Virus record (IMG/VR): IMGVR_UViG_3300050343_000159 | DNA length: 64,000 nucleotides | From: a virus | Lineage: Duplodnaviria > Caudoviricetes | Reading direction: 5' to 3' (one strand) | In this document: one piece after another, positions 28,080 to 38,000 of the stretch | Numbering within the stretch: position 1 is the stretch's first letter | Layout: every line of letters starts with the position of its first letter | Notes under the pieces: model-generated | Databases searched by the model: none | Told to the model about the DNA's origin: nothing | What the model saw: only the letters and a program-made list of their open reading frames with translations | Made by a program: the position numbers and the translations under genes

Positions 28080-28685
28080 ATGACCTTCTCACAAGTCCTC
28101 GATCAAGTCCCTACATTCTACGAAGAGATGGAGGGAGATCTCGAAATGGTAATCGACTTCGTTGAGAGTCAGTTAGGTAGAGATGTAACAGATACAGAGA
28201 TCGACCAAATTGACACTGTTATGGAGACAGTATAATGACACTTACAGAACGTAACAACATCCTCCATGATTTACGTGAGAGAATGATATATCACAGACGA
28301 CAGGAAGAGTTCTACAGGGAGAGGATTCAATGGACTAATCAACAGTATAAGAGACAAGAGATAGACAACCTATATGATGAGCTCTTCGAATCATACGGTG
28401 AGCCAGATGAATCAACAGGGTGGAACTAATGAGTACTTTATTACTATTTCTCTTCATCGGTTATGTGTGTTGGACTAACATGAAGGTCCGAGCATTCATC
28501 AGTAACAAACTACTCAAACTCTCCAACTTCTTCGCACCATGAGAATCATTCTACTAGGTTTCTTCACTCTCATGGGTGTTAACATGTTTGTCACAGTTAT
28601 GAACTCAGACATGGCAAATAAGATGGAAGAGAGGAACGAAGCACTAGAGAGGTTGATGTCACCACCCTCCACAGAGATACGATAA
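28080..28685 (+). CDS. Four small genes of cassette 12 (28080-28235, 28235-28429, 28429-28542, 28539-28685)
   Basis: Translationally coupled (TAATG/ATGA) short ORFs after repeat copy 12; the last two are hydrophobic. Confidence 0.5.
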
Positions 28686-28776
28686 TAATATACACGACCA
28701 TACGTGAGGTCGATAAACTCAGACGAGGCAATAGCATGGTGGTTCGTGTTATTGTGGCACAGTGAAGTGGTAAACG

Positions 28777-28825
28777 AACTCTGAGATGTGTGGGGGTGGT
28801 TCCTTACACATTCCTCAGAGTTTTT
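28777..28825 (+). terminator. Long hairpin with T tract, probably ending the cassette array
   Basis: AACTCTGAG/CTCAGAGTT outer stem plus ATGTGTGGGG/CCTTACACAT inner stem (G-U pairs), then TTTTT. Confidence 0.6.
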
Positions 28826-28944
28826 CTCTGCAAAGTATTACTTAGTGACACAGTGGACAGTACACATAGTGGAACAGACTGTATAAGCAAAATGCCAGTT
28901 ATATGGTAAAATGTATTATGATGATAATTATGTTATGGCGTAAG

Positions 28945-28978
28945 AAACGTAAAACGTAAAAGTAAAACGTAAAACGTA
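28945..28978. repeat. Heptamer tandem repeat (AAACGTA)n
   Basis: AAACGTA AAACGTA AAAGTA AAACGTA AAACGTA, followed by a G7 run at 28983-28989. Confidence 0.8.
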
Positions 28979-29120
28979 AGAAGGGGGGGTATGAATATTT
29001 TCGAACTTTCCTAACCTACAAAGGTGACAAAGAGCGAGAGAAATATCACCGTATATTATTTTCGAAATCTATGCCGAGCCCTCAGAAAAAATTCCCCCCA
29101 TAAAAAATACCCCCCTATAA

Positions 29121-29193
29121 GCTTCCTTAGCAATCTGGTGAATGCAGCAAACTCATAATTTGCCTAAGGTGAGTTCGATCCTCACAGGAAGCA
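29121..29193 (+). tRNA. trnM: tRNA with CAT anticodon (elongator Met or Ile2); CCA not encoded
   Basis: Folded by hand: acceptor GCTTCCT/AGGAAGC + A73; D arm GCAA-TCTGGTGAA-TGC; anticodon stem GCAAA/TTTGC with loop CT-CAT-AA; T arm GTGAG-TTCGATC-CTCAC. G1-C72 pair argues against initiator tRNA. Confidence 0.92.
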
Positions 29194-29215
29194 TGGTGAA
29201 ACCTAAACGTAGTGC

Positions 29216-29244
29216 TTGACAGAATCCCCCACAGAGGTTATAAT
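29216..29244 (+). promoter_or_regulatory. Perfect sigma70-type (early) promoter
   Basis: TTGACA (29216-29221), 17 nt spacer, TATAAT (29239-29244). Confidence 0.85.
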
Positions 29245-29278
29245 AAGGCTGTTCCCAAGTGTATCAGAGAGAACACCC

Positions 29279-30195
29279 ATGCCTGCTATTAAAGAGAGAA
29301 AGAAGTATCCAAATTGTCTGAGGTATCCTGGAGGTAAGTCAAGGATTATCCATTATCTCTTCAGACAGAATATGATACCTTCACAGATCAAGGAGTATCG
29401 GGAAGGGTTCTTAGGTGGTGGTAGTTGTGCACTTGCATTCTCTACGATGTATCCAGGGACTCCTGTATGGGTGAATGATCTTTATTATAATCTGTATTGT
29501 TTCTGGACACAGTTACAGAATAACTCAGATAGTCTCACAAATCGTATATTAGAATTAAAAGATAAAGCTTGTGTTGCTACTGATGTTACTGAGTTAGAAC
29601 AGAAACACAGAGATCTCTATGGAGAGATGAGAGAGTTAATCAATACTTCTACAGATCCACATGATCTTGCAACCGCCTTTTATATTCTGAACCGGTCGTC
29701 CTTTGGGGGATTTACAGAACAGAATAAGAATGCGTTTATTCGTGACTCTTATAAGAATACAATCTTCAATCAGGTTAAGATTAAAAAATTACCGGAGATT
29801 TCATCAATTATACAACCATGGCGGATTACGAATGGGGACTACAGGGATTTGATGACGGCTCCTGGTGAGGATGTCTTTGTATTCTTGGATCCACCATATC
29901 TGATTAAGGATATGTTATATGGTAAGAACAAGGAGATGCATACGGGTTTTGTTCATGAAGACTTTGTTAAGCTTGTAAGGATACCCCACATAACTGGATG
30001 ATCACCTATAATGAACATCCATGGTTACGTGAACAGTTTGCTGATTATCATATGGAAACATTTGAGTTTCGGTATTCACTTGCACATCGTAAAGAGAATG
30101 GCAACAAGAAAGAAGAGTTATTGGTAATGAACTATCAACTTCCGCGTCAGTTGGAAGAAAATAACATTCTTTCAGAACTACTAGATAACGTGTAA
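29279..30195 (+). CDS. dam: DNA adenine methyltransferase, Dam/D12 class (one frameshift near 29975)
   Basis: LRYPGGKS, FLGGGS (SAM binding) and DPPY (catalytic) motifs. The C-terminal part (MITYN...ELLVMNY) is in ORF 29998-30195. Confidence 0.85.
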
Positions 30196-30210
30196 CCTTA
30201 GGAGGTTTCT

Positions 30211-30568
30211 ATGAAGAACAAAGTTTATCACATCTATTCAGATGGTAAGTGTCTACATCACAATCTAAACGAGGATAGTCATTCAACGGTCTATGGGAGT
30301 ATTACTTTATGGAAGGTGTTAAGTGTACTTATGAAGTGTGTGACGCTCCAAAGGTATTAGAGGAGTCTAGTTACTAATGAAGATGAGTACACAGAATATG
30401 AGTGTAGAGGGTGAAGGTCTCTCATTCGTAAAGAAGAACACTGGAGGGGATCCTGGACCCCTTCCAGTCCGTCCTAACAATGTATTCACACCTAAGGAAA
30501 GAGAAGAACTGAAAGAGATCTTTCATGAAGTTCTATCTGAATATGGACTTGTGAAACGGATTGACTAA
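30211..30568 (+). CDS. Two small hypothetical genes (30211-30377 frameshifted; 30377-30568)
   Basis: GGAGG Shine-Dalgarno before MKNKVYHIYSDGKCLHHNL; TAATG coupling to the second gene. Confidence 0.5.
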
Positions 30569-30619
30569 CAACTAAATATCGTATACAATAATGAATGAAA
30601 TGGAGTGATTAATTAACTC

Positions 30620-31408
30620 ATGGCCAAAGGATTTACAGTAAAAGCAGCAAAGCCCAATACTACTAAGAAAGCTAGTTCAGAACCTGAATGGGATATTGAC
30701 GCAATCAAAGAACGAATGCGTGGTAAGACAATTGTCTTCTGTCTTCCAGGTCGTGGATGTTCATTCACTTTCCTGAAGAACTTTGTACAATTGTGTTTTG
30801 ATATGGTTCAAAACCAAATGAGTATTCAGATCTCACAAGACTATAGTTCCATGGTGAACTTTGCTCGTTGTAAGTGTCTGGGTGCTAATGTACTTCGTGG
30901 ACCAGATCAGATTCCCTGGGATGGTAAACTAGAGTATGATTATCAGTTGTGGATTGATAGTGATATTGTCTTCAATACAGAGAAGTTCTGGCAACTCTGT
31001 GATATGGCAATCCCAGCTGAAGGTGAAGAGAAACAAATTGTCAGTGGTTGGTATGCTACTGAAGATGGACGTACTACATCAGTTGCTCACTGGTTGGATG
31101 AAGATGACTTCCGTAATAACGGTGGTGTCATGAATCATGAGATGGTTGATGGTATTCAGAAACGTAAGAAGCCTTTCACTGTTGATTATGCAGGGTTTGG
31201 TTGGTTGATGGTTAAGAAGGGTGTGTTTGAACATCCTGAGATGAAGTATCCATGGTTCGCTCCTAAGATGCAAGTCTTTGAATCTGGAGCAGTTCAAGAT
31301 ATGTGTGGTGAAGATGTATCCTTCTGTTTGGATGCTATCGAAGCTGGTATTGAGATCTGGTGTGATCCTCGTATCCGTGTTGGACATGAGAAGATGAGAG
31401 TCATTTGA
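30620..31408 (+). CDS. Glycosyltransferase-like conserved protein
   Basis: LWIDSDI (DxD), GFGWLMVKKGVF, GEDVSFC and VGHEK resemble a GT-A fold. CTAAATA late promoter at 30572-30578. Confidence 0.6.
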   Translation: MAKGFTVKAAKPNTTKKASSEPEWDIDAIKERMRGKTIVFCLPGRGCSFTFLKNFVQLCFDMVQNQMSIQISQDYSSMVNFARCKCLGANVLRGPDQIPWDGKLEYDYQLWIDSDIVFNTEKFWQLCDMAIPAEGEEKQIVSGWYATEDGRTTSVAHWLDEDDFRNNGGVMNHEMVDGIQKRKKPFTVDYAGFGWLMVKKGVFEHPEMKYPWFAPKMQVFESGAVQDMCGEDVSFCLDAIEAGIEIWCDPRIRVGHEKMRVI

Positions 31409-31477
31409 TAAACTGTCACAGAGGGTCCTAGGATCCTCTCTAACCCCTTTATAATATACAAGTAGACATAACACACT

Positions 31478-31624
31478 ATGGCAAAGTTCAAACGTTCACT
31501 GATGGGTGGAACCTTCATTGAAACCAAGCCCAAGAAAACACGACAGGGTTCAGGACAACATACCAAGTACGCAGCTAGTTCTAGTAATAGTAAACCCAAA
31601 CGTTACCGAGGACAAGGACGTTAA
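31478..31624 (+). CDS. Small basic protein (48 aa)
   Basis: Hand translation MAKFKRSLMGGTFIETKPKKTRQGSGQHTKYAASSSNSKPKRYRGQGR*. Confidence 0.6.
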   Translation: MAKFKRSLMGGTFIETKPKKTRQGSGQHTKYAASSSNSKPKRYRGQGR

Positions 31625-31628
31625 TATT

Positions 31629-31657
31629 AAAGACCCTACATATTAGGGTCTTTTTTT
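31629..31657 (+). terminator. Intrinsic terminator
   Basis: AAGACCCTA-CATAT-TAGGGTCTT hairpin followed by a T run. Confidence 0.8.
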
Positions 31658-31664
31658 ATTGCGT

Positions 31665-32351
31665 ATGGCTTCTTTGATTTGTAATCTTCCTGCAGTAGAA
31701 GTGTGGGTAAGAAAGGAATATCTAACAGATCATCAATCTGGTCACGGAGAGTTCGTCAAGGGTGTCTGGGTGTCTTGTAAGAGTATGCCAGGACGTGCAT
31801 TCTACTTTGAGACATATCTCCCAGAGTATGCAGCAATGTATGATAAACTTCCTATCAGTGCGTTTGTATCAGAACCGAAGACACCTGATCCAGATATGAA
31901 TCTACCTAACCTACAGTTTTGGAACTGTATGGATTATGGTGTAGTAAGTATTGCAAAACAGTTCATTGGATCTATGGACTTTGAACTATATACAAGAGAT
32001 CATGATATCATGAAGGGTACTTATATCTGTACCATTGACAACTATCATGCAGATCCAGATGTGATTGATTATGCAACATCTGAGAATCCTGCAGAACATA
32101 AGTCTCATAATCTGATTGAGTTGGATAACGGTCAATATGCCTTGTATCCAAACAATCGTATGAGAATCTTTGACAATAGTCTTACACCTGTAGATCCTAA
32201 GATGCCTGACTTTAAGGTATCAACTGAATACTATTCTGTAGAGAATGGATTCGAACGATTGGGTATGGGGCGTGAAGACGAGTACTTTTGGAAAACCGCT
32301 AAGGAGAGAGAAAATGAGCAACCAGGAATTCCTAAGGGAGATTGCGAATGA
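31665..32351 (+). CDS. Conserved hypothetical protein
   Basis: MASLICNLPAVEVWVRKEYLTDHQSGHGEF...; long intact ORF directly upstream of the baseplate block. Confidence 0.65.
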   Translation: MASLICNLPAVEVWVRKEYLTDHQSGHGEFVKGVWVSCKSMPGRAFYFETYLPEYAAMYDKLPISAFVSEPKTPDPDMNLPNLQFWNCMDYGVVSIAKQFIGSMDFELYTRDHDIMKGTYICTIDNYHADPDVIDYATSENPAEHKSHNLIELDNGQYALYPNNRMRIFDNSLTPVDPKMPDFKVSTEYYSVENGFERLGMGREDEYFWKTAKERENEQPGIPKGDCE

Positions 32352-32475
32352 TGAGAAAAATCCTCGACAAATGAAAAAGGTGAATACAGATGGACTCTTT
32401 GAAACAACTGATTGTTCTGACCCTGATCATATCTGTACTTGTGGCTCTGAACAGGTAACACTAACTGAGGATTAG
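32314..32475 (+). CDS. Small hypothetical protein
   Basis: MSNQEFLREIANDEKNPRQMKK... Confidence 0.4.
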   Translation: MSNQEFLREIANDEKNPRQMKKVNTDGLFETTDCSDPDHICTCGSEQVTLTED

Positions 32476-32510
32476 TGTTCTAAATAAGGTAGATTTGTTG
32501 TATCAAATAC

Positions 32511-32910
32511 GTGCCTGCTGAAAGAATTAGCAAAGGGTTTAAAGACATCAGTGCAATCTTTGAAGTCAATCCGTTAAACGATGACTTGATTGTACTGAAG
32601 AATTCTAATGCCATTGCTCGTTCTATTCGTAATTTAATCTTCACTAATCGTGGTGATAAACCCTTCAATCCATTTCTTGGTAGTAGGGTGACTGAAATGT
32701 TGTTTGATCCTATGGATCAAATTAGTTCAGTATCAGTCAGGTCAGAAATTGAAAGAACTATTAATAGTTTTGAACCAAGAGTCAAACTTGAGAAAGTAAC
32801 AGTTACTCCTGATTATGATGGCAATCAATATGATGTAGTATTAAATACCAAATCATTGGTATTGACGTTGATACACAACAACTCTCATTCGCCTTAGAGC
32901 TTACCAGATA
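32511..32910 (+). CDS. gp25: Baseplate wedge subunit gp25 (frameshift near 32845)
   Basis: FKDIS...AIARSIRNLIFTNRGDKPFNPFLGS...INSFEPRVKL, the gp25/GPW family pattern. CTAAATA at 32480; position directly before gp6. Confidence 0.85.
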
Positions 32911-32911
32911 A

Positions 32912-35000
32912 ATGCCTCTAGTAAATTTTAGTAATCTAGATTTCGATCAGATCAAGGCATCCATTAAAGATTATCTTCGTGCAAATTCAAACTTCACGGA
33001 TTATGATTTTGAAGGATCAAACTTATCTACGATAATTGATACTCTAGCATACAACACTTATATTACTTCATACAACGCCAACATGGTGACGAATGAAGTA
33101 TTCATTGATAGTGCAACATTGAGAGAGAATGTTGTATCACTATCTCGAAACGTAGGATATCTCCCAAGGTCAAGGAAAGCATCCGTAGCTAATATTTCTT
33201 TCTTAGTAGATGTATCTAATACTACAGCAACATCTGTTACTTTGAAATCTGGTATTGTAGGACTTTCTAGTAGTAAATCTAAAAAGAACCTTACGTTCTC
33301 AATTTCAAATGATATCACTGTTCCAGTTGATTCTGATGGTGTTGCAAACTTTACCAACATTGATGTATTTCAGGGTACATATTTAAAACAAACTTATACA
33401 GTATCTTCACGTAATAAAACACAGAAGTTTATTCTACCTAATTCTGGTGTTGATACTTCACTAATTCGTGTGAGTGTAAAGGAATCAGAATCTTCTACTG
33501 TTACTAGAGTGTTCAAACAGTTTGATAGTTTGTTTGAGGTAGGACCATCAGTCACCTGTATATTTCCTTCAAGAGATTGACTCTGAAAGATATGAATTAA
33601 TGTTTGGTGATGGAACATTTGGTGTATCACTACAAGAACCAAACTATATTGAAATTAATTATATTCAGTGATGGTGAATCGGGTAATGGAATATCGAGAA
33701 TAAGATACGCAGGAACACTTAGAGATAATAACAATAGCGCAATCACATCTGGTAGTATCACTTGTTACTGTTAATGAACCATCTTATGGTGGTAGTAGTA
33801 TTGAAAGTGTAGAATCAATCAAGAAGTATTCCACACAGATCTATTCATCACAGAATCGTGCAGTTACTGCTGGTGACTTTGAGGCAATCGTTCCTACTAT
33901 CTATCCTGAGACTGAATCTGTCTCAGCCTTTCGGTGGTGAAGAACTTACACCTCCACAATATGGAAAGGTATTTGTAAGTATCAAACCAACTAATGGTGT
34001 ATTCCTTTCAAGTACAATTAAAGAAAATATTAAGAGACAGATTAATAAGTATTCTGTAGCAGGTATTGTTACTGAGATTATTGATCTTAAGTATCTGTAT
34101 GTTGAAACAAACTCTAATGTTTATTACAACTCAAATCAGACACCTAATGCAAGTTTTGTTTCGAGTTTGGTAACACAGAACTCTGAATTATACGCCAATT
34201 CTACTGAGTTAAATAAGTTTGGGGCAAGGTTCAAATATAGTCAATTCCAAAAAATTATTGATGAAAGTCATGAGTCTATTACTTCTAATATCACAACTGT
34301 AGATATTAGAAGAGACCTACAGGCTACAATGAATAATTTTACTGAGTATGAAATTTGTTTTGGTAATCGTTTTCAGATTCTAAATCATGGACACGGTACA
34401 CACAATGGATCTATTGGATACAATATTCGTTCCTCAGGATTTAAGATTAGTGGTATATCCGATACTGTGTATCTTGGAGACAACCCTAATTTTGATTTGA
34501 AGACAGGAACTGTTTTCTTATTCAAACTCAACTCTCCTACTGAACCAGTGATTAAGAAGATCAATTGGAACTATTGATTACTTGAAAGGTGAGATTAAAC
34601 TCAACCCAATCAATATTATTTCTACTGATGTATTCCGTGGAACTAATTTGATTGAGATCTCAGCAACACCTTACTCAAATGATGTTATTGGATTACAAGA
34701 TCTGTATCTCCAATTAGACCCCTTTAATATGAAGGTAAATATGGTAACAGATAGAATTGCAACAGGAAGTGATGTTTCTGGAACAAACTATCTCGTATCC
34801 TCAAGTTATGCAAATAACTTGGTAAGAAGAACTCCAATAGTTTCTTCTTCTACATCTACTGATTCTACTGACTCTGGATCAACATCAATTTCTTCTAGAG
34901 TTTCTGTAACACCAAATTACACTTCACCAACTAGTTCAACTCATCATCTAGTTCATCATCTAGTTCATCATCTAGTTCAACTTCATCATATTCCTACTAA
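32912..35000 (+). CDS. gp6: Baseplate wedge subunit gp6 (several frameshifts)
   Basis: NLDFDQIKASIKDYLRANSNFTDYDFEGSNLS...SATLRENVVS, GGEELTPPQYGKVFVSIKP and a Ser-rich tail ending YSY*. Confidence 0.88.
34941..34976 (+). repeat. 12 bp tandem repeat (TCATCATCTAGT)x3 encoding a poly-Ser tail of gp6
   Basis: Three exact units read directly. Confidence 0.85.
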
Positions 35001-35009
35001 TATCAGAAA

Positions 35010-38000
35010 ATGGCAGTAGATAGAGTTCAGTTCCAGGATATTGTTGAGAGTCAATTTCCTAGATATGTTTTGGAAGACTTCCCTCTTCTTCCAGAATTCA
35101 TAAAGCAATATTATAAGTCACAAGAGTATCAAGGTGGTACTTTTGATTTGGTTCAAAATATTGACAAGTATATTAAGGTTGATGAATTATTCTCCCTTAA
35201 GACTTCTACCCAACTGAATGGTGAACTGGATTATACTGCCACAACAATCCCCACATCATCTCTCACAAACTTTACTGAAGGATTTCCTGAGACTAATGGT
35301 CTTATCAAGATTGATCAGGAAATCATTCACTACGAATCGATTAGTAATAATTCCTTTATCAACTGTACCAGAGGGTTCAGTGGTATCACAACATATGTCT
35401 CTGGCAATCAACCAGATCAACTGACGTTCAATCAAACAGAAGCTGCAGAACATACAGATAATTCAGTTATCCAAAACCTGAATGTTATTTTCCTTCAGGA
35501 GTTCTTTAGTAAGTTAAAGAATCAGATTGCACCTGGTTTCAATGATAGACAGTTCTTCTCTGACTTGGATCAGAGAAACTTTCTATACAATGTAGATAGT
35601 TTCTATAAATCAAAAGGAACAGATCAATCATTTAAGATTCTCTTCAGAGCTTTATATGGAGAAGAAGTAGAGATCATCAAACCAAGTGAGTTTCTGTTCA
35701 GACCTTCTGATGCAGATTACAAAGTAGAGAAAGACTTTGTTGTAGAACAAGTTGCAGGTGATCCACTAGAACTTAAAAATCTCACTCTCTTCCAGGACTC
35801 TACAAACTCTAGAGGTTCTGTATCTGATGTTAAACCAATCAATTATGGTGACAAACAATATTATCAGATAAGTATTGACTCTGGATATGCTAGAGATATC
35901 AGTGTTACTGGTTCTATCTTTGGTGAGTTTAAAGTTAATCCTAAAACAAAACTTCTGAACAATGTAAGTGTTGGCGCAACTATTCTTGATGTTGATTCAA
36001 CTATTGGTTTTCCAGATACTGGAAACCTAATCCTCAAGGATAATGTAGGTGATATAGTTGCTATTGCATACACTGGAAAGAGTATCAACCAGTTCTTCAA
36101 TGTTAGTGGAGTTTATGATACTTTCTCATCAAAAGAAGATATTCGTTTAGATGATTATTCATATGCATATGTTGGATTTGATACTAGTAATCAGATTCAG
36201 GTTCGTATTACTTCTACTCTTAAAGAATTCAAACTGAATCAAGATTCATACTTCTATAATGAAGGTGATACTATCAATATCCAAACTCTTGGTATTGAGA
36301 GAGGTGATGAAAGATCTCAGAACTGGTATTCTAATGTTAAAACAGAATGGAATATTGAAGATATTGAACTGGTTGATGAATTGGAGAAATCATATTTCAT
36401 CACTCTATTTGATAGTCACTTTTTAAGACCTGGATATCAGATTACACTAACAAGTAATAGTGGATTACAACTCCCTGGAATTGTAATCAGATCTTCATCT
36501 GCGAATACCTTTCTTGCAAAACTGGCAGCAAACATTGGTAGTATTTCGTATATCAAAGTTGAGAATCAACTCCTCAAAGGAAACTCTGGTAAGTATTCTA
36601 CTCTGAACAACTTTGTTGCTAATGTTCAGAATGTATATCAGAAGTTTAATGGTGATGTAGTAGTTGCATCAAACTCACTTCCTAACTACTCAAACATTTT
36701 CACTGATCCTTATGATAAAAAGATCACATTCTCTGGTTCTTCTTCTGATCTTGAAACTCTTGTTCTCACTACAAATCAAGATCATGGTTTCTTAAATGGT
36801 GATGCCATCTTCTACAAACCAGGTATTATAAATCAACAACAATTAGCTCCTGATGGAATCACAGTTACAACTGAAGTAGAAAGTAAATTTGAAATGTAGA
36901 TGCTAATGTTTATTATGTGAAGAGAGTTAACTCTACAAGTATCAAACTTGCAAGATCTAGAGCAGATATTTTTTCTGAAAAGTTTGTAACTCTGTCTGGT
37001 ACTGTATAGATAATGAGTTTATCTATTATGATTTCTATAATAAGAAACTTTCTCCACAGAATATTGTAAGAGAGGTTCTTACACCAATAATAAATCTGGT
37101 AACTATCTAACTGAACCTGGTTATAGTGGTATTTTGATTAATGGTGTTGAGATTCTTAACTACAAATCTGGAGAAGGTTTAAAGTATGGTGATCTCAGAT
37201 CTCTTGAAATCACTAATCCTGGTGAAGATTATGATATCATCAATCCTCCTGTATTGAGTATTGTTGATGACTATGGTAGTGGTGCAGAAGGAACTGTATC
37301 AATCGAAGGAGAGTTAGTAGGTCTAAACCTAATCGACCGCGGTTTTGGCTATCTAGATGTTCCTACAGTAACTATCACTGGTGGTAACCCCACAGAGGAA
37401 GCTGTTGCTGAAGTGAATATGACGAGTATCGTTCACTCACTCAATTTCAACTCAGAACTTTCTGCAAGAAGAATTGATCTTGGAAATAATACTATTGGAT
37501 TCTCAACATTCCACAAACTCAATCTTGCGGATAAGGTATTCTATGATGCTAAAGATGGTAATCCAATTGCTGGTCTCTCTACCAATGCTTTCTATTATGT
37601 TGAACTAGTAGATACTTCTACTATCAAACTTCATACTTCAGAGGATAATGCAAGAGTTGGAATCAATACAGTTGATATTACTAGTTTCGGAACAGGGGTT
37701 CAGGCTATCACGGCTGTTGGTAGTAGAAAGATTGTAGCAGATATCTATATTACAAATCCTGGTAAAGGTTATAAAAATAATCAGAAGACATATTCCAGTA
37801 ACAGGAATTAACACAGCAAGTAATCGTTTCAATATTCCTAACCATGGTTACAACTCTGGTGAGATTATTAAGTACTCCACCACAACTACTGGTATTGTTG
37901 GACTTTCTACTGTAGAGAACTACTATGTTAATAGGGTAGATGACAATAACTTCTCTCTATCTTTGGTAGGTACTGGTGTAACTGATAAGAAGTATTTCTA

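Noticed and set aside
29216-29278. ORF-track start of dam at 29216
   Set aside because: That TTG is the -35 hexamer of the sigma70 promoter. The ATG at 29279 is the plausible start.
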